DNA of 64,000 nt from Marsupella aquatica (lineage: Eukaryota > Plantae > Marchantiophyta), in NCBI GenBank assembly GCA_973895155.1, contig OZ316899.1, forward strand, positions 13,767,934 to 13,831,933. The letters are read 5' to 3'. Each line of letters starts with the position of its first letter. Positions within the stretch are counted from its first letter, which is position 1. The notes beneath the pieces are model-generated. The model saw only the letters and a program-made list of their open reading frames with translations. It made no database searches and was not told where the DNA came from. Positions 37,503 to 48,683 of this stretch are shown piece after piece. A program made the position numbers and the translations under genes.

Positions 37503-39929
37503 TCAAACTTGCTGTTGGATGTCTTTTGGTTCGAGTAACTCCACAAGGGTAACAGTCTGATTCTGTGTAACTTCGATTAGCTCAGCTTGGCGTGGGGATC
37601 CTCGAGAGTAGGGTAGGCATCTTAGTTGTCTCTCAGGATACATCAGAGGCATTCTCTTCATTGAGTAACATGAATCAATACGAAGGGCTTCTCTATACAT
37701 CCCAATTACATCATAATTGTTGCAAGAGGCGGCATATACTAGGGGATAATGGTACAGGAATTCATCAGAGTTCAGCATCCTGGAATAGAAAGGTTGAAGT
37801 CTCCATCTGACATCTCTGAAGTACCGGTTGAAGTGGGTTAGGGTTTGAGTAGTGACATTGTTCCAGATCCTCTGTTTCTCAGTCAATGAACTGGTTGAAA
37901 CAAGGGTAACTTTGGGTCCTTGTGGAATGTAATCGTGTTGTAGAGCAGTAGACTTCTTGCTCTGCATCAGGAAAGAAACCACAAAATCCAGGGCATAGGC
38001 TACAAGGTTTCCAAAGTATGCCAAAACTAAATCTAGATCTTCTACCTCTACATCACCTTGAAGTAGCATCATAGCAAGAATAGGCCGGAAGTAGAGAGAG
38101 TCAGTCCAGAACTCATCAAATTGTGCCATCTCCACTCTGGAAGTCCCAAAACACCTGAGGTCGAAGATGTAGCTGGCCTCTATTTTCTTGAGATAGTAGT
38201 ATCTCCAGAACTCTCCAACCGGTGGTCTGTTGGCTTGCATAATCTTACAGGTCTCCACATACCTGCACACTTGGAACTCGGGAGGTCTCGGGTATCTGTT
38301 CTCGATGGTGGCATTCCGGGGTGTCTGAGTAGATGAGGTGACAACTGCTACTAAGTTGGGATTGGATCTTAAGGCAGTATCAACATCTTCAAATCCCTGT
38401 CTTGGTGACGGTGTTAAGGAGTTATCATAAGATCGAATGGAATTAAAATCAGAGGGTGGGTCAGAATCTTCAGGTAGATCCTCTCGAACGTAAGGATGCT
38501 CATACTGTGACTGACTGTAGGGCAATCCTTCTATGGGTTCATAGTTGGAATCAGGACTGTAAGGGTGGGAACTTGGACTAAGAGAAAGTGTAACAGTTGG
38601 ACATTGCTGCACTAAGTTGCTGACCACAGATGTTATCTGTCGAGGTTCACACTGTAGTATCTCTAGTAGATCATCTACGATAGCTGCACAACTTATACTT
38701 TCTGTCACGGGAACAGGGTCACTTGATTTTAGAAGAGGGACCTGTTGAGTAGCAAGGGTGAGAGTCACATATTCCATTGGTGTTGATTCTCCTGGGGGAA
38801 AGGTCATCCTGATAGGGCTTAACTGGTCAGGGAATGGTGACTTCAAACTGACATCTTCCATTCTTAAATCATTAACAGCATCATAGAGTCCATCATCACT
38901 ACAACTGAGAAGAGATGTCAACTTATCAATGAGTTGCTAATTCAATTCTACTTTCGAAGGAGTGGATGAGCTGGTTCTTAGAATGACAACAATAGTTGGT
39001 TCTGCAATATGCCCTTGTTGCTCAAAGAGGTCTTCATCCTCTTCATCTTCTTCAGCTACAGGTTGTTCTCCCATGCTGACTTCTCATGAGTACACTTGGT
39101 TATTTAGAGGATGTTGGACAAGCTCCAAGTTGTGTTCAGGCGAAGCTTCAAGACCTCCCACATATACATTTTCTATATCCATATCAATATCCTCATCATT
39201 GGATTTCAGGGAAATGGCATCCCCTGGTTCTTCCACATTGATTTCTTCCTCAATGCCCATCTTGATCAGAAGTAATCCCCTTTCTGTTCTCTCCTCCAAA
39301 TGTAAATAGTCATAGACATAATAGAGCTGAGAGAGATAATGTTGTAAGTAAGTGGTCCTCCCTGCTTTCAAGCTCCTTACTTGATCTTTCATAACATTAA
39401 ACAAAAGTAGGGCCCAATTTACTTTTATAACTCCACTGTGAGCAGCTACAATAGTGTTAGCCAAGGCCACAGGGCAGATAGTTGACTTTTTCGGATGGAG
39501 AATGGGTACTAGAAATTCCAAAAGAATTCTCAGATTGGGGTAATTGCACTGAGTCAGATTCCATCCATTTGTGAGGTTTCTGACTCCAGAGAAGTAAGGA
39601 GATGACAAGTCCTTCTTCTTGGAATACAATGCCGATCCTTCTGATGAGCAACCGAAGGCAAAAGAAATTTGTTCTACTGTCCACAGACTTGGTCGAGCTT
39701 GAATTGTTTGATGGAATTCAGGGGAAATAGTAGTGTCTTTGACAAAATCTTGCAAGTATGTGTCTAACTCCACATTCCATGGTATATGCAAGAGTTCTAA
39801 TCCCAGCTGCTGTAGCGACATTCTTAAATTGGCGTAGCTATTGGGCGCTTGTGGAATTTGGACCAACACTGCCTTGGGAAACACCAGGGATTCAACGCGG
39901 TACTACTCATCAGCTCCGAGGTCTACCAT
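37503..39929 (-). pseudogene. ~800-codon ORF homologous at its N-terminus to the LTR ORF of Gypsy A; 3 in-frame stops
   Basis: The 266-aa and 472-aa ORFs are in one frame, separated by TGA (39084) and TAG (~38937). GLELLHIPW..LQDFV..ISFAFG..NGWNLTQC..LLEFL..VNWA..TYLQHYL parallels the A ORF. Confidence 0.75.
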
Positions 39930-40137
39930 AGCTGATTCTCCGAATGTTCTTGCTGCTCGAGTTGCTACTAAGATCGTGGAGTAAGATAGAGGTAGAAGAG
40001 ATGTTAACAAGGCGCGCTTCTCTATTGCGCTTCAGCCGCTCTCGTCGCATACTCCCACCCCGTAGAAAGGTCCATTGAGATAGTCGTGAGACGTTGCGTT
40101 CGTAAGACTCCTCCGCACACCGCGAACTTGTAACCCT

Positions 40138-40380
40138 TAACTCGTAAGTCGTTAACTCGTAAGTTGTAATCCAATAATTACACTCGTTGTCGATACTCGT
40201 CAACCCATAACTCATAAGTCGTTAACTCATAAATCGTTAACTTGTAAGTTGTAATCCAATAATTATACTCGTTGTCGATACTCGTCAACCCGTAACTCGT
40301 AAGTCGTTAACTCATAAATCGTTAACTTGTAAGTTGTAATCCAATAATTACATTCGTTGTCAATACTCGTCAGCCCGTAA
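40138..40380. repeat. Tandem repeat, 3 units of ~70-85 bp
   Basis: Repeated TAACTCGTAAGTCGTTAAC..GTTGTAATCCAATAATTACACTCGTTGTCGATACTCGTCAACCC. Confidence 0.88.
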
Positions 40381-40559
40381 ACGGACTCAACTTGTAAACC
40401 CGTAATCTAGTAAACTAGTAAACTCGTAAGAAGTTTACTTAGTGACTCATAAATTGTCTGAGTTTAGTCGGAATGCAGTTTACTCTACGGTTAGCAATAA
40501 ACATAGTTTAAATACCTCAAAAAAAATTAAAAATTCCCAGTTTCTTTATACTTTTGGAA

Positions 40560-41144
40560 TTACTCACTACTTACATCGTTTGTGAAAATTATAGCTTTGT
40601 CGATAGTTATCCTCTCGCGAAGCACATCGTCAACTATGGTACATGCCATGATGTGTGCCACCTCTCTGGTTTGGGACAGGAAAAGTTCATGACTGCGCTT
40701 CAACAAGAAGCTTACCCTTCCAAGCCCGTACAGTATATCATCACAACATAAGTCACGATCCACATCCATGAACGACTCACACGTGGGATCAAATAATCCG
40801 TGCAATGTGATGTTCAGTCGGACATCGTAGGGTTCGAGGCAATGTGCACAACAAAATCTTCCAGCAAGTGCAAGATATTGCTTGAAACTCAAACCATCAA
40901 GATCCTCCACCATTATGATGAGCTGCCTCTCTCCCGGCCGTCGCTTGGGATCGGCAGTTACACAACAGTCCGCGCCTACACCAAAAGTGACCCAGCATTT
41001 CTGCTCCTTCTCCGTTGCTATGCCTTGAAGGACACACCGCCAGACGCTCGTCACTTGCATCAATTCAAAAGACCACAATGGAACCAACTCAGAGATACGA
41101 GCATATCCCTTCACTTTAGGTGTCTGTAGCGGCAGATGGCTCAA
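40560..41144 (-). CDS. Orphan 194-aa Cys-rich ORF, function unknown
   Basis: Uninterrupted frame with globular composition (FCCAHC motif), followed by an AT-rich tail; start codon uncertain. Confidence 0.4.
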   Translation of the reverse strand: MSHLPLQTPKVKGYARISELVPLWSFELMQVTSVWRCVLQGIATEKEQKCWVTFGVGADCCVTADPKRRPGERQLIIMVEDLDGLSFKQYLALAGRFCCAHCLEPYDVRLNITLHGLFDPTCESFMDVDRDLCCDDILYGLGRVSFLLKRSHELFLSQTREVAHIMACTIVDDVLRERITIDKAIIFTNDVSSE

Positions 41145-44100
41145 ATCGCAGAGAAGCGGTTTAACTCCTACGATCGAGCAACAAGCTATTTAGATTTTAG
41201 CACCACAAGAACATGAACGAAGGTGTTTCAACATGGCAAGCAACTAGAAAAATTGATGACTCTAAAGGATAGCAGAGATGCAAAAAACACAAAAATGAGC
41301 CATTTCAAACCCTAAATCCTAAAGCCATTCCCGTTGCCGACGATCGCCACAATGGAATACAGTGTGCAAATATGACATAGACAACCCTAATGGGTGAGAG
41401 CTGCCTCAGCGGGCCGGAAGAAAGGTTGACAACATCGCGCGTTGTATATCATCTCATTTGCATCGCCGCCCATGGTTCTCTGCAAAAGAAGTCGCATATC
41501 CTACCAAAGAGTCGCGTAGGGTAAATGATAGATGGGGGTTTAAGACCCTACCTTCCAATTGGATGAAAGCTTTGGTTGCCAATGCCAGAGAATCCGACGC
41601 CGGCAGAGTTGTCGTCATTCATTTGCGTGATCTCCCTATTCACTGGCGAGGGTGCAGAGAGAGCACAGACACGGGCAACAGTACGCTACGGTAGGGAGCA
41701 AGCCATAGGAAATCCACCGGAGGATACTGTTTAAGTAGTGTTGTTTTTTACTCTCGGGGTGGGCGAACCGTACAGTGTGGCCGATGGTTAGGTCTTTCAT
41801 GCAGCAGAGGCTGGGATGCTCCCGATGACTGCTACCAGACTAGCAATCCGCAACCCTACAGGCTCCATCCATCTTGGATCGCCATCGTACTCTCAATGCC
41901 CTCTTAATGCCGAGCCTCGCTTCCCGTCTGCTTCTCGTGTGATCTCTCATGAATGACGGCCAAGGATAAGTTACTCCTCAGGTGCCGCCTCCCAATTTTC
42001 AAGATCCAAGTACCATCAGTACTGCTCAAGGCTCCTACTACTGTCCCTCTCACTACCTAAAGCAGCGAGCCCAAAGTACCACAAACGGGCAAGTAACTCA
42101 GCATGAAAAGCACTGGCACGAGCCATCAACAGGGTATCAGCCATCATCATTAATTTCAAGGTTAAGAACCTCGTGGAGGTCGTGGATAGCCATCTGAAGT
42201 TGATGTGCCTTCTCAAGTGTTCACAATTTTTTAAAACCTATAATACAATGCTGGCGCCTTCTTATAACGTGCCAAAAAAACAAGTAACCCCAATAAACAG
42301 AGCAGGCATAACACCAAATGTGAACAGAATATAGCCTAAACCCTAAAGGACTGTAATATGAATGATAAGCTCCCCCCCCCACATATCTTACACCACTTGA
42401 GGACAGGGGGAGGGGTGCGGGGTACAAGTTGGTGGAGCGAGAGCATTCTCACCTCCTCATTCTTCACTGATGCTCTCATTCACTATGTTTCTTAATCGGT
42501 GGTATCTCGTTGGTGTAGCGTGTGATCGAGTGTTACACATTTAGCCTAGCCTAAGTTTAATTGGAGCGGGCCTGAATGGCCATAAAATGATGTCCAAAAT
42601 CATCATGCATATATAATCATTTTCATTCCATCCCGCCCACTCTAGAAGCTTGAAAATAACTGATGCAAAGATTGTAATTTCTCAACAGTTATAGAAAAAA
42701 CAATCCCCTTACCCTTTTTGGTATCCATTCTCAATAATTAAGAAAAACAATCCCTTGCCGTTTTTGGTCCCTTTAAGGTAGCCTTTCTTATCCGTCCCGC
42801 CTAAAGAGTCTAAAAGTTTGTTTGTTTGTTTGTTTTTCCTTTTTCATTCCTCCTCTCCTTTAAGATACCCTCGATCCTCAATCCCACTAAAAAATCATCC
42901 ATCCCTTATCCTAAACAAGAAGGGGAAAAAACAAAAGTCACCTTAATTGCTCTTATTTAGTCCCTTTAAAATAGTAGTCCCCTCTTCCAGGGGACCCATT
43001 TCACCCAAAGGAAAATAAATTTTAAAAAATAAAGAAATAAAAACTTGGAACAAACAAAGATATTGGATGCTGAATAAAAAAATCACCATTCATAGATCAG
43101 GGTATAATACTCATCCCACAACAGGATCTAAACAAGCATGAAATGCATCGCATTCAATAAGAATTATATTTTGCTGCACATACGCCTTTGTATAAATCTA
43201 CACATTATCAATTCCGCTTATTTGAGGTCGCCCACGGCATAAGTGACAATGAGACTGGTCCCAAATATACTTAAATGAGGACATTTCTATGGCAGTAAAA
43301 ATAGATGCTAAAAAAATCTTCCCTCCTCTTTGGCAGTTTGGGTTGGTGGTTCCCATCTATATCTCTATGGGGGTGCTCCTTCTCTGTTCAAGTCAGAGTG
43401 TTAAGTTACAGGTCAATGGTCTCTGGTCTATGCATGCGGTGTGACAAGTGGTCCTCTAGAGCGTGTGATCCAAACATGTGTAGACACCAAAGTGACCGGT
43501 GGTGGGGTCTGGGAGGGTAGGACAAGTGACATCACCAGACACACTACAGGATGGCGAGTGGTTCCAGATGATACATTGTGCTCTGTGCAAAAACCGACAT
43601 CCAAGAGAACGGTCATCCAACTCTGGGCCAGAAGCCCTACAGGCAGGACAGTCATATTGGCAATTGTGCACACACCCTTGGCACCTAATTTGTGGTGGGT
43701 CATGTACAAGAGACACAAATACCAAGGATGTCGGGAAGGGTACTGAAGCAGGTAGAGGCCAGCTGTAGTTGTTCCTAGCAAGAACAGGGTACTCAAAGTA
43801 CCATGCAGACTGGGCTGGAAGGATCCCCAGTCTGACGTACTCAAGGTGCAACATCTATGCCTTGCGTGCAAGCCGCACATGTTCAGCGTTGCGGGTCCTC
43901 ACCATAAGTGTTGCTTTTGTTGTGATGTCCTTTGTTCACGTCCTTTGATGAGCAAGGCGAGCAGGAGGTCGACTTGCCTTGCCCACAACAACCAACTTGC
44001 ACTTATCAGTTCCCACTCACTAAATTGGTTCCAACTACAGGTCACAGTATACACATAGCATGAAAAGTGCATAGTACATATTTGATGTTGAGTTCCTAAG

Positions 44101-44353
44101 ACAAAGAGCATGTATAGAAAACCATGTTCTCCATGGACATGTGCATAAATCATATTTGGATCTTGTTTTTTCATCCAGAAAGATCAAAAGTCTCACCTTG
44201 CAGGTTGCAGCAAAGAGAAAACTCACTGGTTGTCGTGTTGTGCAAGTGAACCTCCACTGAGGTGGTAGAAAGCTGACAAAGCTTCAGGAAGATGTGAAAG
44301 CAAAAAACTGCTCACAAGCTCAATTCATCCATGGCCCAGTTCAAGGCAAAACA

Positions 44354-44410
44354 GACTACAACATTCAGAAAGAGTCAACTCTACACTTGGTTGTCCAGAT
44401 CAAAATGTAG
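44354..44410 (+). pseudogene. Ubiquitin C-terminal remnant lacking the di-glycine
   Basis: GACTACAACATTCAGAAAGAGTCAACTCTACACTTGGTT = DYNIQKESTLHLV, identical to ubiquitin residues 58-70, then VQIKM*. In-frame DVKAK lies upstream. Confidence 0.82.
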
Positions 44411-45063
44411 CACACACCCTTCGCTTGCTATCCACACTATATTGACATGATCTTTAAAGTAGGCTATCAACCGCAACACAACTCAACGTTCACAGATTTT
44501 GAGGCAACTCAGTCTCTCACCAATAACAAATGAAGGTCGAGGTTGAGATGAGGTGAAGCGTTGGCTTACCTCCACAGCAAGGCGCCAAAGGAGCTCAACA
44601 AGGAGCTCAGCTGGCAAAGCAATATACAGCTCAATTAGCAATTCCTCCACATGCTAGGTTTGTCAATGGGAAAGCAATAACTCAACTGACAAGCAAACTA
44701 CTCAATACATGCTGTTGAGAAGGAGCATTTTTTTTAATCTGAAACTATGTAACAGTGTCACGATCAAGGAGGGCTGGCCTGAAAGGGAGAAGCAACAACG
44801 TGGAGTCTATTATCAAAATCCAATAAGAACTGGATGAGGTTTAGACAGGAGTTTAGAACTTGCCAATTGAATCCCGGTCTAGACTTGTATCTGCTAGCCT
44901 GTAGTTAGCTGTGACTCCTGTAAGCTTTGTTCACAACCCTCTTAAGATATAAACAATTAGAACAAACACAAGTTGTCAAGACAGATTTCACTGGAGCAAA
45001 AAGTCCAAATCAGGTGAACAAAAACCTAACGAGAGAAAATAACAATGAAACTAAGAAGGCAGG

Positions 45064-47520
45064 TGTCACGTCGTCGGCTGCGGCCTTAACTCAGACTTCA
45101 GCTTAGACGGGCACATCCCTCGTAAATCTGAGGGTTCGGGCAGGAAGGGAAGCACGTAATGCACCTTATTCTCGTAAACTAGCGCTAAGTGCGCATACTG
45201 CTAAATACGGACACCTCCTAGGTATGGTTTGTGTTCCGCCGCCGGAACGTACCTTAGTCGATAGCAGGATCGAACCCGGCTTAAGGGCTTCTAACCCTTC
45301 GTGCTGTCCGCCTTTGATCCGAATTCGATGATATAGGTCCTCAACCCGTGCTCGCAACCACTTACCCGCAGGCTGCACCCTGTGCACGTCTCGGGTAGTG
45401 CGTTCGGCCTGGCGCTGCCACCCATATACGAGAAACCCACACACATACACGCGCACATGCATACAATCTTGATTTACACGAAGGAAAATGATGGGAAAGG
45501 ATTTTACTACAAAGGGAACATATGCGTACACTTAGTTGACCCGACAGCCCCGGAATGAACAGGTTCAAGGCCGAGGGTGCACACTACAACGGAGCCCGGC
45601 TCCGCACTCGCCCGACGAGCTTAGTCCTACCCCCTCCCCTTGGTACTCTTTCATTCCCAGAGGTCGGGACTCCCCGCACATACCGCGGATGTCCAACTCT
45701 GCAACTAAAAACCCCCCTGCCTCTACCGAGGGGTGCACTAAATACTAAGGGACGAGGGACGGGGTGTCCTCTCGCCGAAGATTCGTTGACTAAGGTCCTA
45801 ACTAAGCTGACAGTCAGGCCGGAAAATGGCTGTGTCTTATTAGAAGATCCTAATCTACGCAGGCTGGACAGCATGGCAGCGCTGCTGTACCTAAGGCAGG
45901 TGCCTGTCCCAAGAGCCTGACTAAGCCAGTCCTAATCCTAATCTATTCCTACTCCGCTGCTAATGCCTGGCACGCTTGCCAGAGCCGCCCGAATGGGAGC
46001 GGCCATCCCGCTGCCTTCAAAGCCTGTCATTGTCCGCCTTGAGGAGCTGGACCTGGTCCAGCAGAGATTCGTTCTCTCACCTCGCCGCGTCCATCTCCTC
46101 TGCTGCCTCCTGACATGCCTCCTCCAGCTGCTGGGCATCGCTCGTCAGTTTACCCGCCAGCTGGTCCTGCTTCTCGGCCTCGGTTTGGAGCCGCGCCACC
46201 TCGGCCTGCAGCGTGGCTATCTCCGCCGTGTCCCGTTGGGCCCGTTCCTCGGCCTCCTCCAGGTCTTTCTGCCAGGTGACGGTTTGATTCTTCAAACTGT
46301 CAATCTGGTTCCGGAGTCGTGTAATCTCGGCCTCGTTCCCAGCTTTGGCCTGTTCGGCTAGGGCGGTAAGAGCGTGCGCCTTTGCTAACAACTCATCGGC
46401 GGCTGCAACCTTGGGTCGTAGTTGCAGAAGCTCAGCCTCTTGAGCTGCAACTTCGTTCTTTAGGTACACGGACTCCACCCGGTACCGCTCTATCCTCTAA
46501 AGGGCCTCTGACTGGGCCCGACCTGCCTTTACTGCGGCAACCAACTCCTGATTGAAGAAACAGGCTACCTTCCGAGCCATGAACTCCCCGGTATCCCGGG
46601 CAATTTGATGAGAGAAATCTCCCAGAAGCCCGTTCAGAAATGTACCCGGTACGAAGAGTTCCGGGTGGTCCAGGTTGTGCCTGTCCGGAGTTGGGCACGG
46701 GTAGACCTCAACACGCGCAGGGGCCGGGGCAGTGACGTCCAGCCCTGGGGATGTAACGTTGGAAGGGGCTGGAGTGTCCTCCTGCAACAATGTCCGGTTC
46801 TCCGGAATAGCCACCGATGGGTCTTTGGGAGACCCGGGCTCGGGTAAGACCTCCGTCGTACCAACTTCTGTACTTAGCCCGGCTTGTTGGGTCGCATCAA
46901 CGGTTGCGACAACCGACCCATCCGGTACCTCCTCGGTTACGACTACAGCTACTTGTGGAGGTGGGGTGGGTGAAGCTGGCGTGTCCGCTGGACTTCGGGC
47001 CTCGGGTTGGGGCCGTCTCTCCAAGGCCGGGAAAACCCACCTAGCTGGGACCAGCTTTGTAACGTTGACACGGGGAAGGGTTCGTCGATCAAACCGGGTG
47101 TACCACTCAAGAATGATCTCGATGTGGCTAGCAAAATACGTCTTCCCGCCAATGTACAGCGTCTTCCTTCGCCGCTCCATCTCTTCATGGAATTTCTTAG
47201 CGAAGTACGACGCCCACTTCCTAGGTCGATAGTTCTCGACCTGGATAACCTGGGCGGCGGAGATCTCCCCCCGGGGTTCCATCATGTGGAGGGCGTACCT
47301 CTGGAACTCCAGTCGCTCAGCTCGTAACCCGGGTGTGCGAATAGCGACCCGCCACCAGTCCAAACCTGAATTCCCTCTTATTGCCTAATGATGTCCTACC
47401 CATAATGATTACCTAAATACTATCGTTATGCTAATAATAGCGGCCTAAGACACTCCTAACGCGCGTGCTAAGCGCAGTTAGACCGAATCACTCATTAACC
47501 GCCGTACCGGCGGCGTCACA
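45064..47520 (-). mobile_element. Solo LTR B1 (2,457 bp, probably internally deleted) with a coiled-coil ORF; flanks do not form a TSD
   Basis: TGTCACG...CGTCACA termini; the same terminus appears inverted at 62213. Flanks GCAGG and CAAAC. It cuts the A' LTR at 47521. Confidence 0.85.
45960..47363 (-). pseudogene. LTR-borne ORF of family B (C-half of the PMD-like domain, Pro-rich linker, coiled coil)
   Basis: The 288-aa and 133-aa ORFs are in one frame. TAG at 46497 is CAG and TGA at 46077 is CGG in the B2 copy. EISAAQV..KWASYF..TYFASHI matches the A and D ORFs. Confidence 0.78.
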
Positions 47521-48683
47521 CAAACACTTTGGCAATCACTCGGGGAGTGAGATAGAAATCCTTCCCATACACCCTTGTGGAATTGGTCTCGGGCTCCCAT
47601 GATCCCACGAATTCTAGTAAGTCTGAATCCGGCACCTCCGGCTTCAGCCATGGTAAATTTATGAAGGCTTCCAAGCCGGATCCGGCCATGAAGCCCTGGT
47701 ATTTTTGAGTCTGCATAGCCGTAAAGCATGCATCCTCTTCCCGTGCAAAGTGTAATTGCACCTCCTTGGGGAGGGTCGCTGCCCAGCCTTTCTAGGTGTC
47801 ATCTCTTGTTGGAACGACATTGATGGGGTCAACCTCCTCCTCTTCGGCTTTCGCCTGCCTCCTGCTTCCCTGCTCTGCTGGTTTCCTGGCTGCCGCCGAC
47901 CTCATTCTTTTTGCAGGGGTGGCTTCTTCGTTGTTGTTCCCTTTCCTCTTCATAGCGGCTGCCATGGATGTTTCTCCTAGCATGGTTGCCTTCATCCACC
48001 CCTCTGTGCTACCCTTCAACTCCCAGTGTATGTCGTTGCAGCGGTTGATGGCCTCCTGGATGCCGACTGTTCTGTTCTCACAAAACAGAAGATCGTCGAG
48101 TTCATCGATAGTAGGCGTCCACAAGAATTCAGCCGTAATGAGTTCTCCTCCTAAGAAGGCAGACTTCTGTAGTTCCCACAGCCGAGCGAGCTCCTGCCGT
48201 TCTTGAGCCGCTCTCTCCGATTCTTCGTCCTCGTAGGTCCCAATGTACTCAGTTGCCCGTTCTAATAGGCATCCCCAAAAATGAGCAGCTTGATTAACGT
48301 TGCTCATACCCTTCTTGAGTTGATTGTCGGTATCTGCTTCCACCCCAAATGCTTGCCTGAGCAGCGAACAGTAGTTGGCCTCCCGTAGTCGTTCGCTTGG
48401 CTCGTGCTTGCAAATGAGCCGCCATTCCTTGCGCTCGGTCCTTACCCCCCCTTGGCTGGTCTTCCTTCCCGTTGGTTACTCATAGCCGCCGGTACTTAGC
48501 GCGCCCTAACCCTAATCGTGTTCCCTCCCCCGGCATCCTTACTTTCAGCCTTGGCTCGGGTTCCATAGTCACCCTTAATTGTTTATATTTCCCTATTTTT
48601 GTTACTATACTAAGGTGTTTCCTAGGGTACACTCCTGATTTTACTATTTAAACTGACCTAATGATTCCTGGCTAGGCATCACA
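47521..48683 (-). mobile_element. Partial A' giant LTR (duplicate of 1-977, extended leftwards to the B1 junction)
   Basis: Homologous to ~14126-15288; ends GGCATCACA at 48683. Confidence 0.9.

Larger units (their letters stand above)
36251..40496 (-). mobile_element. Probable giant solo LTR D (4,246 bp) carrying a long ORF; no TSD
   Basis: Minus-strand termini TGCTAACCG...CCGTAAGCA. Same layout as the A LTR: ORF near the start, ~1.2-kb non-coding tail. Flanks CTGGG and ATAAA differ. Confidence 0.6.

Noticed and set aside
40138-40380. CRISPR-like array
   Set aside because: Head-to-tail tandem units without unique spacers, eukaryotic context, no cas genes.
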